Source: Gemmatimonadota bacterium (GTDB taxonomy: Bacteria; Gemmatimonadota; Gemmatimonadetes; Palauibacterales; KS3-K002). Taken from it: a DNA stretch of 64,000 bases. The translations under genes and the position numbers were made by a program. The stretch spans positions 32,001 to 96,000 of the forward strand of contig JBDHJS010000002.1 in the NCBI GenBank assembly GCA_039586795.1, written 5' to 3'. This document shows, one piece after another, positions 20,079 through 28,569 of this stretch (within the stretch, counting starts at the first letter, position 1; every line of letters begins with the position of its first letter). The notes under the pieces were generated by a model. It had not been told where the DNA came from. It saw only the letters and a list, made by a program, of their open reading frames with translations, and searched no databases.

Positions 20079-20780
20079 TCAACTGATCGTGACGGGAATC
20101 GGTTCGGTGATGGCTGCTTCTTCCAGCGTAACCTCACATCGATAACCCAAGAGTTGCACGCCGGAATCGGCGGCGAGCGAGAGCGCATCGGCGAACTTCG
20201 GATCTATCGAACGGGCGGCGGTCACGCTAACCGCATCGCGCCGCTGGACGACGAACAGCACGGCGGCCCAGTACCCGCGGGTCATGGCGCTGGCCAGCTC
20301 TTTGACGTGGCGTGCGCCCCTGGCCGTAACGGCGTCGGGAAAGAGGGCGCGGCTCCCCTCGACCAGGGTCACCGACTTCACCTCGAGCAGCAGTCGCTCG
20401 TCACCGCGAGCCAGCAGGAAGTCGAACCGACTTCGACCCCACGCGTGCTCCCTCTTCATCATCTCCCACTCGGCGAGCTCAGACAGACCGCCAGTTGCGA
20501 GTGCCTCGGCGACGAGCTCGTTCGGCAGGGTCGTTACGAGGGATACGAGTTCGCTCGAAGGAGCACGCACCAGAGCGAGGGTGAACCGAGTCTTTCGATG
20601 CGGACCCGACTCGGGTCTCACCCAGACTTGCGCCCCCGGTAGTAGGAGCTCCGTCAAGCGTCCAGGATCGGGCAGATGCGCCTCGACGTGCCGACCCTCG
20701 AGCTCGACGATAGTCAGAAACCGATTCGGCCTGGAGTGGAAGCTCGCCTGGAGAAGTGGTCCGGGGATTCGCACCTGCAC
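20079..20780 (-). CDS. sfsA: DNA/RNA nuclease SfsA
   Basis: RPNRF, AHLPDPGRL, SRFDFLL, EVKSVTL and FPDAVTARGARH motifs. Confidence 0.93.
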   Translation of the reverse strand: MQVRIPGPLLQASFHSRPNRFLTIVELEGRHVEAHLPDPGRLTELLLPGAQVWVRPESGPHRKTRFTLALVRAPSSELVSLVTTLPNELVAEALATGGLSELAEWEMMKREHAWGRSRFDFLLARGDERLLLEVKSVTLVEGSRALFPDAVTARGARHVKELASAMTRGYWAAVLFVVQRRDAVSVTAARSIDPKFADALSLAADSGVQLLGYRCEVTLEEAAITEPIPVTIS

Positions 20781-20798
20781 GCGCGGAGGGTAGGACGA

Positions 20799-21917
20799 CT
20801 AGCCGCTCGATCGCGCCCGTTGATACTCCGCTTCTAGCGTCGAGACGAGCGCTTCGCGCTGATCGTAGAGGCGACGGTGCGGGCGCGGCGCATGCCGGCT
20901 CAGTGTGTACGCGGCCAGCATCGGCAGCCCGATACTGACATCCAGATAGCACACCACCGTGTCGGGCAGCGCTTCCGGATCGACCTTCCCCCAACTGACC
21001 GCCTCTGAAGGCGTGGCTCCAGAAAGGCCGCCCGTATCGGGGCGCGCATCGGTGACCTGGATGAAGTAGTCGTGACCTTCCTCCTCAATGCCCAGGACCT
21101 CCTGAATCTGCGGCTCGGTCTGCAACAGGAAGTTCTTGGGACTACCGCCGCCCATGATCACCACCGCGCTCTTACCACCTGATCGTTTAGCGCCGAGGAC
21201 GACCGCCGCCGTCTCGTTGACGTCTATCGCCGAATCGATGCGCAGCTCACCGCCGGTCAGCGCCATAGCCGCAACGTTCATCCCGATGCTCGAGTCGCCC
21301 GGGGAAGAGGTGTAGACGGGTACCCCGGCCTCGTAGCACGCGGCAAGCACTGACTTCCGCCCGAGCCCAAGCGCCTTCTCGCGCTCCAGCACGTACTTTC
21401 CGCACAGGTGATGAAACTCAGCCGTGCCCATCGTCCGCTGAAACTCCTCTGCCTCGAAGACTTGACGGAAGAAAGCGTCGGTGGAGAGGAGCACATCGTA
21501 GTCGAAGAAGACGTCGTAGATGCGGACAACGCCTTCCTCGCGCAGCTGCACATCGCTCACGTTCGGTCGGCCGCGGCGCATCTCCAGTCCTAGCCCGAAA
21601 TGGGCATCGTGGTAGAGGATCGCGCCCGTCGATACGATCCAATCCACGAAGCCCGCTTCGATCAGCGGGATCAGCGTCGACATCCCCAGCCCTGCCGGCG
21701 TGAGCGCGCCGCTCAAACTCATACCGACCGTTACATCGTCCGCGAGAATCCTGGTCGCGTAGAGCTGGCAGGCCTCCCGCAGCCGGCCGGCGTTGTAGGC
21801 GAGGAAGGCGCCATCGATCAGCTCGGCGATGTTCTCCGCACCGTTGATCGGCGCCGGGTCGATAGGGGCGCCGCTGAGATGGGGGCTTCGGCCAGGACTG
21901 TCGGGCATCGTTCTCAA
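20799..21917 (-). CDS. Deoxyhypusine synthase family (possibly SpeY/homospermidine pathway)
   Basis: [45 protein letters not shown] (catalytic Lys). Confidence 0.9.
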   Translation of the reverse strand: MRTMPDSPGRSPHLSGAPIDPAPINGAENIAELIDGAFLAYNAGRLREACQLYATRILADDVTVGMSLSGALTPAGLGMSTLIPLIEAGFVDWIVSTGAILYHDAHFGLGLEMRRGRPNVSDVQLREEGVVRIYDVFFDYDVLLSTDAFFRQVFEAEEFQRTMGTAEFHHLCGKYVLEREKALGLGRKSVLAACYEAGVPVYTSSPGDSSIGMNVAAMALTGGELRIDSAIDVNETAAVVLGAKRSGGKSAVVIMGGGSPKNFLLQTEPQIQEVLGIEEEGHDYFIQVTDARPDTGGLSGATPSEAVSWGKVDPEALPDTVVCYLDVSIGLPMLAAYTLSRHAPRPHRRLYDQREALVSTLEAEYQRARSSG

Positions 21918-22762
21918 GCGCTCTCGTTCATGCGATCGCGGTGCGCGTCGATGATGATTTGAGCCGCGACCTCGGGGGTGTCCGCGTATTGGATGATCTC
22001 CAGGTCTTCCGGCGCGATCTTGCCACCGTCCAGCATCGTTGCTTTCAGCCAGCGAATCAGACTCTTGTGGTAGCGCGTGTTGTAGATGACCAGGGGGAAG
22101 TTGTGAACCTTCCCAGTCTGGATCAGAGTCAGGGCTTCGAACAGTTCGTCCATCGTCCCATAGCCACCGGGGAATATGACAAACCCCTCCGAGTAGCGGA
22201 CGAACATGGTTTTGCGCACGAAGAAGTACCGGAAGGTCAAAGGCAAATCGACGTAACGGTTCATCGACTGCTCGAACGGAAGCTCGATGTTGAGTCCGAT
22301 CGAAAGCCCCTTCCCCTGCCGCGCGCCCTTGTTTCCCGCTTCCATGATCCCGGGACCCGCACCCGTCATCACCGCGAAGCCCGCCTCCGCCAAGAGGCGA
22401 CAGGTTCGCGTCGCCGCGATATAGTCGGGATTTGATTTCGGTGTCCGCGCCGACCCGAATATCGAGACCGCTGGCCCGACACGCGCCAGCGCGTCGAATC
22501 CATCCACGAACTCACCCATGATCCGAAACACACGCCACGGATCTTTCAGCGTGTCGTCCGGTAGTCGATCGAACGCCTCTGCCAGGCGCTCGGCTTCCGG
22601 TCGCTCGGCTCGTTCCGCGAGCTCTGGCTTGCCTATCGTCCGCGTGAATAGCCGTTCATCTTCCGTGTACTCGGCAGTCTTCCGCCGATCGATGTGCCGC
22701 CGCTCGGCGGGTTTCTTTCGACGCTTTCCCCGGACTCCCGTCCTCCGCTTCTCCATCGTCAA
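21914..22762 (-). CDS. LOG family (TIGR00730-type) Rossmann-fold nucleotide monophosphate nucleosidase
   Basis: [29 protein letters not shown] and PGGYGTMDE motifs. Confidence 0.92.
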   Translation of the reverse strand: MTMEKRRTGVRGKRRKKPAERRHIDRRKTAEYTEDERLFTRTIGKPELAERAERPEAERLAEAFDRLPDDTLKDPWRVFRIMGEFVDGFDALARVGPAVSIFGSARTPKSNPDYIAATRTCRLLAEAGFAVMTGAGPGIMEAGNKGARQGKGLSIGLNIELPFEQSMNRYVDLPLTFRYFFVRKTMFVRYSEGFVIFPGGYGTMDELFEALTLIQTGKVHNFPLVIYNTRYHKSLIRWLKATMLDGGKIAPEDLEIIQYADTPEVAAQIIIDAHRDRMNESA

Positions 22763-22805
22763 CTGCTCCCTTCACACCACGGCGTTTCTCGATGCGGGCC
22801 TTCCT

Positions 22806-22933
22806 CACTCCACAACTTTTCACCGGAGCCGGGTCCGCGCCAGTGTGCCAAAGCGGCAGGTCACTGCGCCTGCGATCGCCTGGCCCGGAAGGTGGAAACA
22901 TTTGTGGAAAAGCCCGTAACACATTGTGAATAA
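22806..22933. promoter_or_regulatory. Cluster of DnaA-box-like 9-mers
   Basis: TGTGGAAAA (22903-22911), TGTGAATAA (22925-22933), GGTGGAAAC (22891), CACTCCACA (22806). Confidence 0.5.
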
Positions 22934-22967
22934 ATGGGATAGGGCGGGGAGAAAAAGTAGTGCAAGA

Positions 22968-22999
22968 AGAAGGGCGGCGCTGGTCCGCACCGCCCTTCC
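22968..22999 (-). terminator. Terminator after the parA-parB-M23-bactofilin run
   Basis: GAAGGGCGG...CCGCCCTTC stem followed by TTCTT on the minus strand. Confidence 0.6.
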
Positions 23000-23028
23000 C
23001 TGTGACTCGACTCGCCGGATCGGACCGT

Positions 23029-23499
23029 TCAGTTCCCCGGCGCCGGCTTCACGACGTGGGGCTTCGCTACATCGGCGGGCGTGTCGGGCGCTTTCACCGT
23101 TCGCGCGCCGGGCTCCTCCATGTGGACCTGGCCGTTGAAGCGGGCACCCTCGTCGAGCTGAACGCGACGACTGCGGATCTCGCCCTGAATATCACAAGTG
23201 GACTGAAGCTCGAGACGGCTTTCCGCGGAGATGTTGCCGTTTACGCGACCGCTGATCACCGCGTCTTGAGTGATCACGTCGCCGACGACTTCGCCGCTAC
23301 GACCCACGACGACGGACTTGCCGGCGCGGATGGTGCCTTCGACTCGGCCCTCCACACGAACGGTGCCTTCGGTCTCGCAGTCGCCCACGATATTCATACC
23401 GGGCGCGATCAGAGAGATCGCAGAATCATCGGGCTGCGTAATCGGTTTGCTCATGGGTGCTTGGTTCTCCTCCGGTGGTTTCTTGCCTCTTCCAATCAT
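23029..23499 (-). CDS. Bactofilin (polymer-forming cytoskeletal protein)
   Basis: SLIAPGMNIVGD, VRVEGRVEGTI, ISGRVNGNI and GARFNGQVHM beta-helix repeats. Confidence 0.93.
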   Translation of the reverse strand: MIGRGKKPPEENQAPMSKPITQPDDSAISLIAPGMNIVGDCETEGTVRVEGRVEGTIRAGKSVVVGRSGEVVGDVITQDAVISGRVNGNISAESRLELQSTCDIQGEIRSRRVQLDEGARFNGQVHMEEPGARTVKAPDTPADVAKPHVVKPAPGN

Positions 23500-23508
23500 C
23501 TGCCTAGC

Positions 23509-24294
23509 TCAAGATCCAGATCTCTGCTGGACCAATGTAAAAGGATCGATGGGCATCATATCCTGCAGGATCTCAAAGTGCAGGTGTGGAGCCGTAGAGC
23601 GCCCGGTGTTCCCCGAAAGCGCGATGACTTCGTTTTGCAGAACCTCGTCTCCCGGTTCAACGAAGAGGCGCGACGCATGTCCATACATCGTTTGATAGCC
23701 AGAGTTCCCGTGCTCGATCAGAACGTAGAGCCCATACACCGAGTCAGCGCCAGCCTCCAACACGACACCGGCGCCGCTGGCACGTATGTACGAGCCCTGG
23801 GCAACGGCTATGTCGATGCCCGGGTGAGTTCCGTCCTGGGCCTGCTCTAGGACCTGGGTCACGAAGCCACCCGTCGCCAGCGGCCAGATGGTCGGGATTT
23901 CTGGCGACAGCCCTGACGGCGCCGTTTCGTCCTCTGCCGCGGGCTCGTCCCCGGGAAGCATCTCCGGCGCCGCGGCCTGCGCGAGGATATCGGCGCCCAG
24001 CATACTGCGGATCTTCTGATATTCGGTCTGCAGCAAGTCGACTGTCTGGGCCAGCTCCGTGACCCGAGCGTTGTCGGCCTCGAGCTCGGCGATCTGCTGC
24101 TCAAGACCCGGCACTCGCGCCGTCTGCGCGGCAAAGAACCACCAACTCCCGAGCAGCAGCGCCAGGCCCAGCGACCCAGCCGCAGCAAGTGCGCCACCAA
24201 TGCGCAACAACCGACTCGTCAGCTTCAGACTGCGCGTCCGCTGCGTGTCGCTGGGTACGAGGACGACTGTGTAGTTGGCTTCGTTGTCGCTCAT
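23509..24294 (-). CDS. Membrane-anchored M23 family peptidoglycan endopeptidase
   Basis: N-terminal cytoplasmic peptide, TM helix and coiled coil; HPGID, YGH and GNTGRSTAPHLHFE motifs. Confidence 0.92.
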   Translation of the reverse strand: MSDNEANYTVVLVPSDTQRTRSLKLTSRLLRIGGALAAAGSLGLALLLGSWWFFAAQTARVPGLEQQIAELEADNARVTELAQTVDLLQTEYQKIRSMLGADILAQAAAPEMLPGDEPAAEDETAPSGLSPEIPTIWPLATGGFVTQVLEQAQDGTHPGIDIAVAQGSYIRASGAGVVLEAGADSVYGLYVLIEHGNSGYQTMYGHASRLFVEPGDEVLQNEVIALSGNTGRSTAPHLHFEILQDMMPIDPFTLVQQRSGS

Positions 24295-24301
24295 ACTCGA
24301 A

Positions 24302-25201
24302 CTAGATGATGCCGCCGACGCCGACTATGGCCTCGACGACGCGCTCGAAATCCTGAGTATCACGGAACGGAATCTCGATTCGGCCCCTCTCGCCACCATC
24401 GAGGCGGACCCTGACGCTGGTGCCCAGGGCCCGAGAGAGCGCCTGCTCGGCCTTTGCCACGTAAGCCGCCGACTTCTGCTGAGGCTGCTTCTTCTTCGAC
24501 GCCGCGTCCTTCTTGGAAGCCCTTCGCTCTCTGACCCGCTCCTCTACCTGGCGAACGCTCAGCCCTTTGTCGGCTGCGGCCGTCGCCAACTGGACCACCC
24601 GCTTCTCGTCGCTGAGCCCGAGCAGCGCCCGAGCGTGCCCCGCCGAGATCCGGCCCCGAGCCAACAACTCCCTGACGGCCTCAGGGAGAGCCAGCAGCCG
24701 GATCGTGTTGGTCACCGTGGATCGGTCCCGACCCACCCGCTCGGCAACCTGCGCTTGCGTCAAGCCGAACTCGTTGACCAACCGGCTGTAGGCATGCGCC
24801 TCGTCCAGCGGGCTCAGGTCCTCGCGCTGTAGGTTCTCGATGAGGGCCAAGACCAGCATCGTGCGATCGTCGACGTCGCGAACGACCACGGGAACGTGCG
24901 TCCAACCCAGCTCCTGCACCGCTCGATAGCGCCGTTCCCCGGCGACTACCTGCCAGGACCCATCTTCCGTGCCGCGCACCACGACGGGTTGGAGTAGGCC
25001 GTTCTCCTTGATGGACGCGGCCAACTCCTCGAGGTTCTCCTCGTCCATAGCCTGGCGCGGCTGGAACGGGTTCGGTTTCAGCTCCGACAGGGCGAGCTGA
25101 TCCGCTTCACCGACGGCGACCTTCTCCTCCGAGACGTAGTCGCCGAGAAGGGCGCTGAGCCCTTTACCGAGTCGCTTCTGCTGTTTTTTGGCCACGTCCA
25201 T
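24302..25201 (-). CDS. parB: Chromosome partitioning protein ParB
   Basis: RLGKGLSALL, NPFQPR, VAGERRYRA and ENLQREDL motifs; HTH. Confidence 0.97.
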   Translation of the reverse strand: MDVAKKQQKRLGKGLSALLGDYVSEEKVAVGEADQLALSELKPNPFQPRQAMDEENLEELAASIKENGLLQPVVVRGTEDGSWQVVAGERRYRAVQELGWTHVPVVVRDVDDRTMLVLALIENLQREDLSPLDEAHAYSRLVNEFGLTQAQVAERVGRDRSTVTNTIRLLALPEAVRELLARGRISAGHARALLGLSDEKRVVQLATAAADKGLSVRQVEERVRERRASKKDAASKKKQPQQKSAAYVAKAEQALSRALGTSVRVRLDGGERGRIEIPFRDTQDFERVVEAIVGVGGII

Positions 25202-25961
25202 TCCTGCTCATAAGTTCTTGTGCCAACGCAAGATAGCTCGATGCGCCCGAAGATGTCACATCGTAGACGACGATCGGCACGCCAAAGCTGGGGGCTTCTG
25301 CCAGCCGGATATTCCTCGGGATGAACGTTTGGAAGACCTTGGGCCCGAAGTAGTCCCGGGCTTCGCCCGCAACCTGCCGCGAAAGGTTCAGCCGCTCATC
25401 AAACATCGTTAGGAGGACGCCCTCGATCTGCAGACCCGGGTTCAGACTGCGCTGAACCAACCGCACGGTGTTCAACAACTGGGTGAGCCCCTCCAGGGCG
25501 TAGTACTCGCATTGGATCGGGATTAGCACGGTGTCCGCGGCCGCCAGCGTGTTGACGGTGAGCAGCCCCAGAGAAGGAGGCGAGTCGATGATGATGTAGT
25601 CGTACCGATCCTTCACATAACGGAGCGCCTCTCGCAGCAGCGTCTCCCGCCCCTCCCGGTTCGTCATCGCCACTTCCGCGCCTAAGAGGTCACGGCTCGA
25701 GGGCAGCAGATCGAGTTGCGGGAAGTGGACGTTATGCAGGATGACGTGATCCGCCCGCTTCTCCTCCAGCAAGGTATCGTAGATAGAAGCCGGCAGCTCA
25801 TCGCGGTCGATTCCCAGGCCGCTCGTCGCGTTCCCCTGGGGATCAGCATCGATGACGAGGGTCGGCCGCTCCGCCACGGCGAGGCAGGCACCGAGGTTGA
25901 TGGCGGTCGTAGTCTTCCCGACGCCGCCCTTCTGATTGGCAATAGCTATGATCTTCGACAT
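25164..25961 (-). CDS. parA: Chromosome partitioning ATPase ParA/Soj
   Basis: NQKGGVGKTTT deviant Walker A; DPQGNAT; RLAEAPS. Confidence 0.97.
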   Translation of the reverse strand: MSKIIAIANQKGGVGKTTTAINLGACLAVAERPTLVIDADPQGNATSGLGIDRDELPASIYDTLLEEKRADHVILHNVHFPQLDLLPSSRDLLGAEVAMTNREGRETLLREALRYVKDRYDYIIIDSPPSLGLLTVNTLAAADTVLIPIQCEYYALEGLTQLLNTVRLVQRSLNPGLQIEGVLLTMFDERLNLSRQVAGEARDYFGPKVFQTFIPRNIRLAEAPSFGVPIVVYDVTSSGASSYLALAQELMSRNGRGQKTAEATR

Positions 25962-26055
25962 AAGAACGTGGGCCCGAACAGGAGCGGTGGTGACGGGGGT
26001 GGGCTCAGTTCTGGCGAATAATACCCGGGTTGGGCGTCAAGAGAAAGGGTTGGGA

Positions 26056-26071
26056 TGTTTCACGTGAAACA
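26056..26071. promoter_or_regulatory. parS centromere site (perfect consensus)
   Basis: TGTTTCACGTGAAACA upstream of parA. Confidence 0.95.
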
Positions 26072-26150
26072 TCTGTTCCCGAAGCTCCCCTTCTAGCGCG
26101 CACGCTTTTTCCATCAAAGCGAGGCCTACTATCAAGAAAGGCGTGGCATT

Positions 26151-26250
26151 CAGGGGTTCGGTGGTTACGAGATTCGGCAGTTGACGACACTCAATCGCCA
26201 AAGCCCCGACTCTCGTAATTCCCGAACCACCGAATCTTGTACCCAACCCC
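26151..26250. repeat. Octamer-based REP-like palindrome (GATTACGAGATTCGG family)
   Basis: GGTTCGGTGGTTACGAGATTCGG ... CCGACTCTCGTAATTCCCGAACC; related copies at 2206, 34011, 36679 and 62726. Confidence 0.65.
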
Positions 26251-26260
26251 AAGCCACACA

Positions 26261-28162
26261 CTACGGGTTGCGCGTTTCACGTGAAACGTCCGACCCGCGC
26301 CGGGCCTTACGGACCTCCATCATCAGGTTCTGGAGATCGCTCGGCGCCACGCCCGGTATGCGCGCCGCCTGCGCCAGCGTCGCCGGACGGATCCGTTCCA
26401 GCTTCTGGCGCGCTTCCTTCGACAGGCTACTGAACTCACCGTAGGCCAGATCCGGGGCCAAACGAAACTCCGCCTGGCGATGCAGTCGCTCCGCGTCTCG
26501 TCGCTCCTTGGCGATGTAGCCCGCGTACTTGAGCTCCATCTCCACCGCCGCCAGGTCGTCCGGCACCGGTGCCTCCATCGCCGATCCATCGCACAGCTTC
26601 ACCAGGTCGAGGAGATTCACTTCCGATCGTCGACCCAGGACCGCCAGCGCGGTGTCTTCGACGATCTTCGAGGTGCCTCGCGACTCCAGATAGTCGTTCA
26701 CTTGATCCGGCGTTGCCAACGTCCTCCGCGTCCACGTCCGAGCCGCCTCCCGCTCGCCGAGCTTCATCTCCAGAGTACGCTTCTGCTCTTCGCTCAGTAG
26801 ACCGACGTCGGCGGCGAACGGACCCAAGCGGCGCAGAGCGTTGTCCTGGCGAAGCAGCAGCCGGTACTCGGCTCGGGAGGTGAAGAGCCGATATGGCTCG
26901 TCCACACCCCGGGTCACGAGGTCGTCGAGGAGCACGCCGATATACGACTCGTCTCGCGCCGGGATCCAGGGCGTCCGTTCCAGCACGGAGAGCGCCGCGT
27001 TAACCCCGGCCGCGATCCCCTGCGCCGCTGCCTCCTCATAACCGGTGGTGCCGTTTACCTGGCCCGCGAAGAAGAGGCCCGGGATCGCCTTCGACTCCAG
27101 GGTCGGTGTCAACTGGTGCGGGGGAAAATAGTCGTACTCAATGGCGTAGCCAGGCTGGGTCATCCGCACGCTTTCGAGCCCAGGCACGGCGGCCAGGAAC
27201 TCCCGCTGCACGTCGGGCGGCATCGACGTGGATACGCCGTTGACATAGAACTCTGTCGTCTCGAGGCCTTCCGGCTCGAGGAAGATCTGGTGCCGTCGCG
27301 CGTGAGGGAAGCGGACGATCTTGTCCTCGATCGATGGGCAGTAGCGGGGGCCCTGCGCAGAGATCTCGCCGCCGTAGAGCGCCGAGCGCTCCAGGTTGAG
27401 CTCAATGATCTCTTTCACCTCATCGCCGGCCCAGGTGATCCAGCAGGGAAGTTGCGGTAGCCTGTCGGTCGCCTCCCAGTGAGAGAAGCGGAAATCATCC
27501 GGATCGCCATCCTGCCGCTCGGTCTTTGCGAAATCGATCGTGCGGCCGTCGACCCTGGGAGGCGTCCCGGTCTTGAATCGAGTGACCTCCAGGCCCAGGG
27601 CTTCGAGCTGCTCGGATAGCTCCACAGATGGAGCGTCGCCAGCTCTTCCTGCCGCCTCACGGATGCCGCCGCCGATATGGATTCCGCCCCGCAGGAACGT
27701 GCCGGCGGTCAGCACCACGCGCCGGGCGCGGAAGCTTGACCCATCCCGGCATACCACACCCGCCACCCGCTCGCCGTCGAGGAGAAGAGATCCGACGTTG
27801 GACTGGAAGAGATCCAGCCCCGGAATCGCTTCCAGAAGGCCTCGCATGGTCCGGGAATAGAGCCCCCGATCGCACTGCGAGCGCGGAGCCCATACGGCAG
27901 GACCCTTACGCCTATTGAGCATTCGGAATTGAATGGACGTTCGATCGGTACAAACACCCATCAGACCGCCCAGCGCGTCTACCTCCCGGACCACCGTGCC
28001 CTTCGCCACACCACCTATCGCCGGGTTGCAGCTCAGCTGCGCCACCCGCGCCAGGTACGATGTGACCAACAGCGTTCGCCCGCCCATGCGACCGGCCGCA
28101 GCCGCCGCCTCGCAGCCGGCGTGGCCGCCGCCAATGACTATGACATCGTATTCTTCGATCAT
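26261..28162 (-). CDS. mnmG: tRNA uridine-5-carboxymethylaminomethyl modification enzyme MnmG (GidA)
   Basis: VIGGGHAGCEAA, SCNPAIGG, KTGTPPR, GPRYCPSIEDK and GTTGYEEAAAQG motifs. Confidence 0.98.
   Translation of the reverse strand: MIEEYDVIVIGGGHAGCEAAAAAGRMGGRTLLVTSYLARVAQLSCNPAIGGVAKGTVVREVDALGGLMGVCTDRTSIQFRMLNRRKGPAVWAPRSQCDRGLYSRTMRGLLEAIPGLDLFQSNVGSLLLDGERVAGVVCRDGSSFRARRVVLTAGTFLRGGIHIGGGIREAAGRAGDAPSVELSEQLEALGLEVTRFKTGTPPRVDGRTIDFAKTERQDGDPDDFRFSHWEATDRLPQLPCWITWAGDEVKEIIELNLERSALYGGEISAQGPRYCPSIEDKIVRFPHARRHQIFLEPEGLETTEFYVNGVSTSMPPDVQREFLAAVPGLESVRMTQPGYAIEYDYFPPHQLTPTLESKAIPGLFFAGQVNGTTGYEEAAAQGIAAGVNAALSVLERTPWIPARDESYIGVLLDDLVTRGVDEPYRLFTSRAEYRLLLRQDNALRRLGPFAADVGLLSEEQKRTLEMKLGEREAARTWTRRTLATPDQVNDYLESRGTSKIVEDTALAVLGRRSEVNLLDLVKLCDGSAMEAPVPDDLAAVEMELKYAGYIAKERRDAERLHRQAEFRLAPDLAYGEFSSLSKEARQKLERIRPATLAQAARIPGVAPSDLQNLMMEVRKARRGSDVSRETRNP
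26273..26288. promoter_or_regulatory. Second parS site, inside the mnmG 3' end
   Basis: Perfect palindrome CGTTTCACGTGAAACG. Confidence 0.85.
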
Positions 28163-28284
28163 CCGTTACCTGAATTGACGTCCATCACATGCCGCCTGCT
28201 GGCCGCACGCTGATGCGCGATTCATATTAGCCACGAGTGATCAAAACTAGCAGCGCAACACACGCCCGCAAAACTCACGGCGCC

Positions 28285-28569
28285 ATGACCGACGACAATC
28301 ACATCTGCAAAGCCTTCAAGGTGCACGGCCGCGTTCAGGGAGTCGGCTTTCGATGGTGGGCTCTCCACCAGGCACGCGCCCTCGGTCTCTCCGGCTACGT
28401 TCGAAACAACGCCGATGGAACGGTCGAGATCGCCGTCGCCGGAACCGCCGCTGCCGTGAACGAGATGTGCGCCCGCCTGGCGAGCGGTCCGTCCATGGCG
28501 CGAGTCGATCGACTGGAGGAGCTCGCGACACCCGACCGACTGACGGGCGATTTTCGCATCGACATCTGA
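28285..28569 (+). CDS. acyP: Acylphosphatase
   Basis: VHGRVQGVGFR and GYVRNNADGTVE motifs. Confidence 0.93.
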   Translation: MTDDNHICKAFKVHGRVQGVGFRWWALHQARALGLSGYVRNNADGTVEIAVAGTAAAVNEMCARLASGPSMARVDRLEELATPDRLTGDFRIDI

